Assembly (NCBI GenBank): GCA_949373235.1
Contig: CASICQ010000004.1
Coordinates: forward strand, 63,934 to 127,933
Origin: Candidatus Poseidoniaceae archaeon
GTDB taxonomy: Archaea > Thermoplasmatota > Poseidoniia > Poseidoniales > Poseidoniaceae
Reading direction: 5' to 3'
Length of the DNA: 64,000 nt
Part shown: positions 47,395 through 55,850 of the stretch, piece after piece
Layout: the number at the start of each line of letters is the position of its first letter
Numbering within the stretch: the first letter of the stretch is position 1
Notes under the pieces: model-generated
What the model saw: only the letters and a program-made list of their open reading frames with translations
The model's database searches: none
Told to the model about the DNA's origin: nothing
Program-made: the position numbers and the translations under genes

Positions 47395-48633
47395 ATGCCA
47401 GTAAAACTCGGACCCGCAGGTGTACCTTTGTCGTGCAAAGGACGAACGATTGTCGAAGGAATGGACGATATCATCTCCCTTGGCCTCGAAACCATGGAAG
47501 TTCAAACCGTTCGCATGGTCGCACCACACCACTTCGAACAGTACTGGCAAGCTGGTGTCTTGGCTAACAAAACCGAGTTCGAAATGAACATTCACGGACC
47601 TTACTACTCTGAACTGCTTGGCAACCGCGTTGAACGAGGCCGATCGTTGGCAAAAATTGAGTCCACCCTTCAAGCGGCAAGAACCATCAATGCTCGCCAC
47701 ATTACACTCCACGCTGGCCACTATGGTGGCATGAGCCCAGGCTCAGCCGCCAACGAACAGGTTGCGAATGTATTCGCTGGTGTTGTTGATCGTGTAGCCG
47801 AAATTTGGCATGACGATGAGGATGAATTCCCCGTGTTCCCTTGGATTAAAGACGGAACCCCTTCGAAAATAGGCATTGAAACCTCAGGTCGCCAAGAACT
47901 GTGGGGCAGCCTCGAGGAAGTTCTTGAAGTCGTCAACCACGTCGAAGGTACGATTCCAGTTCTCAACATCGCTCACATCCACGCTCGTGGTCACGGCAAG
48001 ATGAGAACCTCCGAAGATTATGGCGAATTGTTTGATCAAGTCCGTGAAACAATTGGAACCAAGGAATTCTACTGTCACTTCTCAGGCGTTGAGCACAGAA
48101 CTGGAAACGCCATGCATTACACACAGATCAAGAAATCTGACTTGAACTTTGAACCGCTCGCTGAATTCATCGTCGAAGATGGTGGTTGGTTGGACATCAC
48201 CTTGATTTCCGACTCCCCGCTCCTTGAACACGATGCAATGTACATGTTGCAAAGCATCGAGAAGTCCCGTCACCGACAACTTGAGCGAAAAGCACGTGAA
48301 AACCGACGCCGAGCTCTCGCTGCACAAACTGGCACAACGCCCGCTGCATTGGCGGCTAAAGAAGCGCAACAAGCAGCGCTTCGCCCCGATGCGCAACCTG
48401 GTGCCAAGAAAGCAGAACCTGAAGCGGTTGTCGAAGAAGCGCCTGCTGCAGTTGCAGAACCCGTTGTTGAACCAATCGAAGAAGCGACCGCCCCAGTGGC
48501 TGAAGCTGCTGAGCCTGCTCCAAAAGCAAAGCCTGCAAAAAAGGCCGCTAAGAAGAAGGCGACCAAGGCAAAAGCCGAGGAGAAGAACGACGATGTCTTT
48601 GACTTCGAAGAAGAAGACGAAGACTTGTTCTGA
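47395..48633 (+). CDS. nfo: Endonuclease IV-like TIM-barrel protein with long A/K/E-rich tail
   Basis: LGPAG, IHGPYY, TLHAG, GIETSG, AHIHAR, HFSG, SPLLEHDA; start refined (ORF track 47275). Confidence 0.75.
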   Translation: MPVKLGPAGVPLSCKGRTIVEGMDDIISLGLETMEVQTVRMVAPHHFEQYWQAGVLANKTEFEMNIHGPYYSELLGNRVERGRSLAKIESTLQAARTINARHITLHAGHYGGMSPGSAANEQVANVFAGVVDRVAEIWHDDEDEFPVFPWIKDGTPSKIGIETSGRQELWGSLEEVLEVVNHVEGTIPVLNIAHIHARGHGKMRTSEDYGELFDQVRETIGTKEFYCHFSGVEHRTGNAMHYTQIKKSDLNFEPLAEFIVEDGGWLDITLISDSPLLEHDAMYMLQSIEKSRHRQLERKARENRRRALAAQTGTTPAALAAKEAQQAALRPDAQPGAKKAEPEAVVEEAPAAVAEPVVEPIEEATAPVAEAAEPAPKAKPAKKAAKKKATKAKAEEKNDDVFDFEEEDEDLF

Positions 48634-48733
48634 ACCTCACGACGCTCATTGAAGGCTCGCAAAACCACCTTTGTGGCAACGCTAACCGTGGGAACCAACA
48701 TAAATGAAGTGGACCGCGTTCGATGTGGTCGCC

Positions 48734-49732
48734 ATGGCACACATCGCAATTCTTGGACTTGGAAACTGGGGCACTGCAATCGCTCGCATGTGGCTTGCTG
48801 ACGGCCACAGCGTCAAAGGCTGGACCATTGAGCAGGAAGTCTATGAATCCATCACGATGGAAGGTGTGAACAAGAAATACCTCCCCAACCATCCTGTCAA
48901 AGGCATGGAAGCAACCATGCATGTAGAGGAGGTGTTGGACGGCGTGGAGATCGTGGTTCTTGCTGTTCCATCATCGGTCATTCTCGATGTCGTCGATCAA
49001 GTCATTCCTCATCTGCGTCCCGGCCATGTGCTGTTGGATCTGGCCAAAGGCCTTGCACCAGGCAACCAACTGATTTCTCAGGCCATTCATGAAAAACTCC
49101 AAGCCGCTGGAAAAAACAACCCTCTTGCAGTCGTCACCGGGCCAACAATTGCACCGGAAGCCGCTGCCGGCGTGATGACGACAGCTCTTGTAGCGAGCGA
49201 GGATGTCTCTGTCGCTCAACATCTTGCTTCAACCTTGACAACACAGACGTTTATTCTTCACCCTGCTGCAGATCCTGCGGGAGCTGAATTGTGGGGGGCG
49301 TTCAAGAATGTCGTCGCCCTTGCTTGCGGATTAGTTGACGGATTGAAGCAGGTTGGAACCCTTGGTGGTGACAACCTCAAAGCAGCCATTTTCATGGCTG
49401 GATTCAAAGAAGGCTGTATCTTACTCCCTCAACTCGGTGCACGGGCTGAGGTGGCGTTTGGTCCTGCAGGCCTTGGAGACTTGTACGTCACGGCCACTTC
49501 ACCACACGGCCGAAATCGGTCGATGGGGGAAAAACTCGGAACGGGCCTCTCAGTGGAAGAAGCCCTTGAAGAAATGCACATGGTGGCTGAAGGCGTTCGT
49601 GCAGCACAAATGTTCGGTGAACGTGCTGAGGCTTTGAAGATTCAAATTCCTTTCACGAAGGCCCTGAACACCCTTTTGGATGGTTACATCGATGCGGAAG
49701 AATGTTGCCGACGGATGGTCGCGCTTCACTGA
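48734..49732 (+). CDS. gpsA: NAD(P)H-dependent glycerol-3-phosphate dehydrogenase
   Basis: GLGNWGTA, LAKG, TGPTIA, GAFKNVVALACG, GDN, GLGDLYVT..S.HGRN, AEGV. Confidence 0.93.
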   Translation: MAHIAILGLGNWGTAIARMWLADGHSVKGWTIEQEVYESITMEGVNKKYLPNHPVKGMEATMHVEEVLDGVEIVVLAVPSSVILDVVDQVIPHLRPGHVLLDLAKGLAPGNQLISQAIHEKLQAAGKNNPLAVVTGPTIAPEAAAGVMTTALVASEDVSVAQHLASTLTTQTFILHPAADPAGAELWGAFKNVVALACGLVDGLKQVGTLGGDNLKAAIFMAGFKEGCILLPQLGARAEVAFGPAGLGDLYVTATSPHGRNRSMGEKLGTGLSVEEALEEMHMVAEGVRAAQMFGERAEALKIQIPFTKALNTLLDGYIDAEECCRRMVALH

Positions 49733-49798
49733 CCAGCACCTCTTAGCCCCTTCAATCCTCATCGGTGTTGTTTTCATCTATGGCCCCGTGGCCGTAGC

Positions 49799-50014
49799 AT
49801 GGCCGAAGAACTGACTGAATTGGAAGCACGTATCTTTGAATGGATTCGTCAATCCGATTTCGAAACAGTAGCATGGTCCACAGCGAAGGCTGCTCGTTCG
49901 TTCAAGGTCAAGCAAGATGAAGTCTACGAAGCGGTCGCTGCGTTGACCCGCAAGGTTCCAGATCGAATTCAAGTGTTCTACAAAGATGGCTCAGTCCACA
50001 TTGCTGCTGAATGA
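49799..50014 (+). CDS. Small winged-helix-like protein
   Basis: 71 aa, LTELEARIFEWIR...TAKAARSFKVKQDEVYEAVAAL then a beta hairpin. Confidence 0.6.
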   Translation: MAEELTELEARIFEWIRQSDFETVAWSTAKAARSFKVKQDEVYEAVAALTRKVPDRIQVFYKDGSVHIAAE

Positions 50015-50767
50015 TTGCTCGGCGTTAGCAGAAGCATTTCTCTTGGCCTTCGCTCGAAGGATCATGTTCAACCAGGTCGGCTTTCGTACATCGCCTTCTT
50101 CGTTAACAAAGGAGCGAACCATCAAGGAGAGCAGGTCGATGAGAACGACAACAACGAAAATAAGGATCAGCAACGCAAAGACCTTGTCGTACTGAAGGAA
50201 TTTAAGATAGGTGCTGATGTAATATCCAATACCACCTGCACCAACAATGCCAATGACAGTGCCATGTCGAACATTGTACTCAAACATAAACATCAGTTGA
50301 CTTAACAGATGGTTGCTGTTTTCAGGAATGACAATGAAGGCAAAGATGCTTGGTCTACTCAACCCCATGGCCCGACCGGCTTCCAGTGGATCGTTCTGCA
50401 TGCCTTCAAACACCTCATACTGAAGTTTACCCAAGTAGCCCACGGTGTAGAAGGTCATTGCGAGGACACCAGAAAGCGGACCAAAGCCGATAACGATGAC
50501 AAACAGAATGGCCCAAATCAGGCTTGGGAGACTTCGTACGGCTGAAAGGAATACCCGAATAGGGATGGAGATGTAAAGCGGCGTAAGGTTGCGTGCTGCT
50601 AGGGATGAAAGGCAAATGGCCCCTACAAACCCGAGGATGGTTGAGACAAAAGCAATCTTCAGCGTCTCCATCATACCCAAGTAGCCAACCGAGCAGAAAA
50701 ATTCGATTTTTTCGTCACATACAGGGTAAGAGCGGGCTTCGAGAACGCTCCAGTTCGGAGGCCACAT
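49991..50767 (-). CDS. phnE: Phosphonate ABC permease PhnE, 5' end disrupted
   Basis: ETLKIAFVST, RSLPSLIWAILF...GFGP, GKLQYE, EAGRAMG, FEYNVR...IGIVGAGGIG. In-frame PhnE-like residues EWDLGRLEGGLANL continue upstream to a TAG at 50831-50833. Confidence 0.8.
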   Translation of the reverse strand: MWPPNWSVLEARSYPVCDEKIEFFCSVGYLGMMETLKIAFVSTILGFVGAICLSSLAARNLTPLYISIPIRVFLSAVRSLPSLIWAILFVIVIGFGPLSGVLAMTFYTVGYLGKLQYEVFEGMQNDPLEAGRAMGLSRPSIFAFIVIPENSNHLLSQLMFMFEYNVRHGTVIGIVGAGGIGYYISTYLKFLQYDKVFALLILIFVVVVLIDLLSLMVRSFVNEEGDVRKPTWLNMILRAKAKRNASANAEQSFSSNVD

Positions 50768-50868
50768 GCTTTCGCTAAAGAAGATTGAAAGATTTGCAAG
50801 ACCGCCTTCAAGCCGCCCTAAATCCCACTCCTACATATAGTTTAGGTCGCCCTAAATATTTCATTTTC

Positions 50869-50877
50869 AAAAAAAAA
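50869..50877 (-). terminator. T9 tract: possible archaeal terminator, or part of a lesion in the phnE 5' end
   Basis: A9 on the plus strand about 25 nt after the stop of 50900..51826. Confidence 0.35.
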
Positions 50878-50899
50878 TACTGCGAGGCAACCTCATCCA

Positions 50900-51826
50900 T
50901 CATTCAGCCAGCCATTCCAAAACGATGGCTTCAGCGAAACGGTCAGAAGAAAGCCCTGGGTGCAAAACTGGGCGCACAACAATCAGCATCTGAAGTTCGC
51001 CTCCAAGGTTGGCTTTTGCCACACAGAGCACCTCGCCAACCCGAGTGCCATCGGATGAGGTGCTGAGCAAACTCCGCAATTCAAAAACTCGAACCTCGAC
51101 TCGTTCATCCACCCCAAGGGCGGTGGAAATGTAACGGTGGGATTCTTCCGTACTGACAGCCTTCAAGTCCATTTCATCGGGGTCCAGTGATGCTCCAGTG
51201 AGTTGTTGATCGAGCAATTCAATCGCTTGTCGCATCCTTCCGTTCTCCATGCCGAACAATTCTGACACATCGAGCGCTGATGAAGAGGCCCCAATCGTTC
51301 CGTATTGATAGGGGAGCCTCAAACTGATCGATTGAACGATTTCAACATCGAAACCCGCCGACTCGGGCAGCATGAGCCAAGTGTATTGCTCACTGGCTGG
51401 ATAGAGCGGAGCGTTTGGATTTTCTTGCAACAGCGGTTCACCCCACGCAGCTGGAGCAATGGGTTGGCCAACGGGAACGAAACCCCCGAGTAAAATCATT
51501 GTGACCAGGCAGGTGCACAACGTAATCCTTGTACGACGATGAGTGCGCCAGTCTTCGCGACCTGCTGGACTCAAAGCCGATACTACAAGCAAAACAGGAA
51601 GCACAACGAGCACGCCCCATGGCACCACCCAAAGAAGAAGAAAACCGCCAATCACCGCTTCAAGCCCGTATGGACCCAAGAGGGGGCGAAGGTTGCGGGT
51701 GGCATCTTCCTTGTCAAGCCCCCTTCGCAACCACCAAACGGCAATGAGGGTACCAAAGAACACCAACAGAGAAGGAACAAGGTTCCACAGTTGGCTCATG
51801 AACGTTGGTGCGTTGTTGCCGGTCAA
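50900..51826 (-). CDS. Hypothetical membrane protein
   Basis: N-terminal TM cluster, then a soluble domain. Confidence 0.7.
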   Translation of the reverse strand: MTGNNAPTFMSQLWNLVPSLLVFFGTLIAVWWLRRGLDKEDATRNLRPLLGPYGLEAVIGGFLLLWVVPWGVLVVLPVLLVVSALSPAGREDWRTHRRTRITLCTCLVTMILLGGFVPVGQPIAPAAWGEPLLQENPNAPLYPASEQYTWLMLPESAGFDVEIVQSISLRLPYQYGTIGASSSALDVSELFGMENGRMRQAIELLDQQLTGASLDPDEMDLKAVSTEESHRYISTALGVDERVEVRVFELRSLLSTSSDGTRVGEVLCVAKANLGGELQMLIVVRPVLHPGLSSDRFAEAIVLEWLAE

Positions 51827-51890
51827 GAGGGTTGGGGTTCGTGGATGATTCTAACGGTATGTTGTCAAGTCATGACCTCATCGCCGTACC

Positions 51891-52904
51891 ATGGAGGAAG
51901 GCGTGCTTGAACTCAAAAACGTCACCTTTCGTCATTTGATTCATGCTCCAACGCGCATCAAACCGTGGAGAAAACAGCCCGGGCCGGGGGTTTTGGGTGT
52001 TTCTTTGAGGCTGCAGCCAGGTGAAATTCTTGGCCTTGTCGGGCCAAACGGTGCTGGAAAAACCACCTTACTGCGTATGATAGCAGGGGTATTACCGATT
52101 GAAAAAGGAAAGATTCATTTGAACAAGAACGGTACTTTTGAGGCGCTTGATGGCTCTTCTCTGCGCACCGTCGTCGGGCACATGCCGGAGCAGGTTCGTT
52201 GGCAAGGACGGCAAACCGTTGAAGATGCTTTATTCGAACTTGCACAAATGCGAGGAAGTTCACTCAAGCGGGTGAATGATTTGCTCCGCTTGGTCGGTTT
52301 AGCAGAACGCACCAAAACACCTCTGTCCAGTTTAAGCCAAGGGATGAGGCAACGCCTCACATTAGCCGCAGCCTTGTTGGGCACGCCCAAGTACCTGCTT
52401 TTGGATGAACCCTTGAACGGCCTCGACCCCGTCGCTGCTGCGGCCTTCATCCGATTGTTGAAGCAATTAACCACGAAGGGGGTCTCGATTGTGATCTCAT
52501 CCCATCAAGTCGAAGGCCTTCAAGCGATCACCGACCGAGTTGCATTGATGCATCGCGGTCAAGTGTTGGCATGCGGTACGCTGGAAGCCATTGCCCAGAA
52601 CCTAGGATTAACAAGCACAATCGAAGCAAGAGGGATTGGAGATGCACCAGACTTCTCTTGGTGCAACCTCACTGAACAAACAGAGGAAAAGGGGCAATGG
52701 ACTGCTGTTTTGCACGACACTCAACCAAACATGCTGGCTGAAGTTCTCAGCCGCGGGATTGACTTCACCGCCTGGATTCCGAAACCACCCGGCATTGTTG
52801 AGATGTTGTGTGCTGCAACTGGCATGGACGTCGAAGAAGTTGGATTGGATATCGCAACTGCGGCAATGCTCCCTCACCGACGCTTAGGAGGGGAGGAAGA
52901 ATGA
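51891..52904 (+). CDS. ABC-2 type transporter ATP-binding protein
   Basis: GPNGAGKTT, LSQGMRQR, LLDEPLNGLDP, ISSH. Confidence 0.93.
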   Translation: MEEGVLELKNVTFRHLIHAPTRIKPWRKQPGPGVLGVSLRLQPGEILGLVGPNGAGKTTLLRMIAGVLPIEKGKIHLNKNGTFEALDGSSLRTVVGHMPEQVRWQGRQTVEDALFELAQMRGSSLKRVNDLLRLVGLAERTKTPLSSLSQGMRQRLTLAAALLGTPKYLLLDEPLNGLDPVAAAAFIRLLKQLTTKGVSIVISSHQVEGLQAITDRVALMHRGQVLACGTLEAIAQNLGLTSTIEARGIGDAPDFSWCNLTEQTEEKGQWTAVLHDTQPNMLAEVLSRGIDFTAWIPKPPGIVEMLCAATGMDVEEVGLDIATAAMLPHRRLGGEEE

Positions 52905-53731
52905 ACGACGGAGTGCGTATATTGGCCCTTGCTCGACGCGTGTTTTTGGATCGTGTAAAGTCGACACGAATGATGATCATGCTCCCCATCTTGGTGCTCT
53001 TTTTGCCCGGAATGGCGTGGGGGTTTTCCGACCCTGATATTATTCTGCCCGGAGGCCACCAACCCGATGAACCGATGGAAGTTTTGTTTTACGCAAGCCT
53101 TGGCGTTGTGTTTGGCGCAACAATGTGTGCGGTCTTGCTGGCCTTTGATGGCGTGAGCAGGGACCGAGCAAGTGGAGTGTTCGAATTGAGGCTTGCGCAA
53201 CCTATGCCACGCACACACCAAGCAATCGCTCTGGTTCTCGGCATGTGGCAGGCTATTTTCATTCCAGTGGCAATTTTAATTTTCATCTCGATTGCAATCA
53301 TCCGTTGGCGTCTTGGCGAATGGGCAAGCGTTGGCGATGCATTGATGCATTTGTTGGCAACAAGTTTGATTCTGCTATGGTATGTCGTGTTCACCCTTCT
53401 CGCTTCTTCAAGGACCAAAGACCAAGGCACCGCCATCGCTTTTGGAGTGGGCATGTGGTTTTTATTCACCTTTTTGTGGGCCCTCGTGACAACCATGGTT
53501 GCTTACGCTTCAGGGGTCACCATTGGAGAGCAAAATGACATGCAATGGATCGCTCTTGAAGGAGCGCTTGACCTTCTCTCACCAAACGGAGTCTACCACC
53601 ATCTCCTCGAAACGAGATTGATTGACATCGACCGAGGTGTAGCCGCATGGCAGACATGGAGCATGGCCCTCGTCTGGACCGCCCTCCCCACCTGGTGGTT
53701 TATTCGCAAAATGGACGAATTGCAACCTTGA
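52901..53731 (+). CDS. ABC-2 type permease
   Basis: FDGVSRDRASGVFELRLAQPMPR, six TMs; ATG overlaps the ATPase stop (ORF track 52808). Confidence 0.85.
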   Translation: MNDGVRILALARRVFLDRVKSTRMMIMLPILVLFLPGMAWGFSDPDIILPGGHQPDEPMEVLFYASLGVVFGATMCAVLLAFDGVSRDRASGVFELRLAQPMPRTHQAIALVLGMWQAIFIPVAILIFISIAIIRWRLGEWASVGDALMHLLATSLILLWYVVFTLLASSRTKDQGTAIAFGVGMWFLFTFLWALVTTMVAYASGVTIGEQNDMQWIALEGALDLLSPNGVYHHLLETRLIDIDRGVAAWQTWSMALVWTALPTWWFIRKMDELQP

Positions 53732-53819
53732 CTGTACCCCGGCTCGATTGTTCAAAGACCGGTGCTGTTTGGTTCAACAAGGGGAAGTCTCTTTGAGAGT
53801 AGACACGCCCGCATTAAGC

Positions 53820-55790
53820 ATGGAGAAGCAACGTTTCGCCCAGACATCAATCGCATTCACGGTCATCATCCTGTTCTTGATGATGGCTGCGTCAAGTATG
53901 ATCACAGGAAATTCAACCATGATCGAATCCTCTGAAGCACCGACGAGCGCCCGTCAGGGCAGCCTTGATGTCGATTGCAGTGGTTACAAATTCGAAGATT
54001 TATTCGATTACAACTACGCTGCCTTCGACATCAACATTGGCGAAGATTGGGCCACTGGACAAATGAGCGCTGTGGCTTTTGTCAACGGAAGCAATTCCGC
54101 AATTGTTCGAGAAAACCTCGATGAGCTGTTCGATGGCACCCCCGGCGGTAACAACTCTTGGATGAGCACGGATGAACGTGAGGCTGTGCGAGCCATTGGA
54201 CCGGAATGCATTGCTGACATGGACACGCGAATCGGCATGAGGGAGGGCTTGCCCCACCGTGGTGGCGTCGATTGGAACGATTTGGAATTCGTCAAGGATG
54301 GCATTTCGCTCGATGAAGTGAACCTTGTTCCTTCCAACCACGACGAAGAACGCGATTGCCAAGACCTCCTCGCTTCATCCGATTGCAAGGAAGTGCCAGT
54401 CACCATTACCGATGATTTGCAAATACACATGTTCACGAAAGAAGACGAAACTCACAATGTTCGCTTTGATCAACTTCCCAACAGTGGGGCATCAAACTTC
54501 ACCCTCGCTCTCAACGTGACCAACATGAGCAACGCTGGCTTGGTCCTCACGTTCCCGCAACTGCAAGGATTGCGCTTGGTCAATTCTTCAATTCAAGATG
54601 ACAACGCAGAAAGCACCGCTATGCCGCTTCCAGAACCACAGTACCTCCCTGATGGACGGTTGAGGGTCATTCAAGAGGTCAGTTATGCCGCAAACGAATA
54701 CCCGATTCTTCGCAACTTGTTCTTAGATTTCACAACCATGGCACCTGAAACGAATGAAATCCCAGAATGGACTGCTGATGCCCCTGTTGACGGAACAGTA
54801 ATTCCCTTTAGCGCCGAAACACGGGATGTTGTGGAAGGCGAAATCACTGAACTTTGGGCAACCGACGACAGCGGATGGGCAATCGATTGCGTATTTGCGA
54901 ACCAAGAATGGGTTGGACAGTGGACCACTGGATTGGATGAAGAGGGGAGCCTCTTCCTCGACGGCCCTGACGACGTGGCACCAGACGCTCAAATCCAAGT
55001 TGAATGCAGCGTTGTGGATCCATTCGGAGCGTCTTCTATTGAAACTCGAAACTGGACCTTTGCTCAACCCTTTACCTCTGAAGCAACCATTTCTGAATCT
55101 GGAGATGCTCTTGAATTTACGGTCACACCTACGGGTGTTGTGAGCGAAATCTCAATCAGCGCACATGCTCACCAAACAGCAACAATGGGTGAAATGAGGA
55201 TGGCGACCGTTGCCGGTGAAGCATCGATGCTCGCCCTTCCTTTGGATGGATTGGCACCTGGGCCAGTTATGATCATGGGCCATGCTGAATCAAACGGCAT
55301 GCTCGACTACGCATTCATGCTTGACTTCAACTTGGAAAAAGCCAGCGCACCTCCGGTGATTGAACTCGAAGTGAACCTCGACGGCACCAACGCCACATGG
55401 GATGCAAGTTACCTCAAGTTCACCCTTCAAGGCAAGGTCTTGGACCCTGACGGTGAAGGCGTTGAAATGGCCCTTTCGCTGTGTGGTTATTCCACCAACG
55501 ACTTTGTCCGATCCGGTGTCGTGTGGGAAATTGATGTCAACATTGTTTCCTGTTCATCCCAAAACCCACCTGTCACAATCTACGACATAACCCTCATTGC
55601 AACAGACGATTCCGGTACCATTGCCACCATGCAAGTGCAGGTTCCAGACCCATATGCAAGCACTGAGGAACCGGTCAACGATGAGGACGAAGTCACTGTC
55701 GAAGAAGGCTTGCCTGCAGTTTCCCTGCTCGCCACATTGTCCGTGGCTCTGCTCGGTGCTGCCGTGGTAAACAATCGAAAAAAGCAGTGA
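53820..55790 (+). CDS. Secreted acidic surface protein with CTERM-like anchor
   Basis: Signal peptide, acidic beta-rich body, GLPAVSLLATLSVALLGAAVV-NNRKKQ tail (ORF track 53748). Confidence 0.75.
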   Translation: MEKQRFAQTSIAFTVIILFLMMAASSMITGNSTMIESSEAPTSARQGSLDVDCSGYKFEDLFDYNYAAFDINIGEDWATGQMSAVAFVNGSNSAIVRENLDELFDGTPGGNNSWMSTDEREAVRAIGPECIADMDTRIGMREGLPHRGGVDWNDLEFVKDGISLDEVNLVPSNHDEERDCQDLLASSDCKEVPVTITDDLQIHMFTKEDETHNVRFDQLPNSGASNFTLALNVTNMSNAGLVLTFPQLQGLRLVNSSIQDDNAESTAMPLPEPQYLPDGRLRVIQEVSYAANEYPILRNLFLDFTTMAPETNEIPEWTADAPVDGTVIPFSAETRDVVEGEITELWATDDSGWAIDCVFANQEWVGQWTTGLDEEGSLFLDGPDDVAPDAQIQVECSVVDPFGASSIETRNWTFAQPFTSEATISESGDALEFTVTPTGVVSEISISAHAHQTATMGEMRMATVAGEASMLALPLDGLAPGPVMIMGHAESNGMLDYAFMLDFNLEKASAPPVIELEVNLDGTNATWDASYLKFTLQGKVLDPDGEGVEMALSLCGYSTNDFVRSGVVWEIDVNIVSCSSQNPPVTIYDITLIATDDSGTIATMQVQVPDPYASTEEPVNDEDEVTVEEGLPAVSLLATLSVALLGAAVVNNRKKQ

Positions 55791-55850
55791 ATGCCGCTAC
55801 CGGCACCCTCAAGAGGGAACGGTTGGCCCCCACAAACTGAGAGTGAGCAT

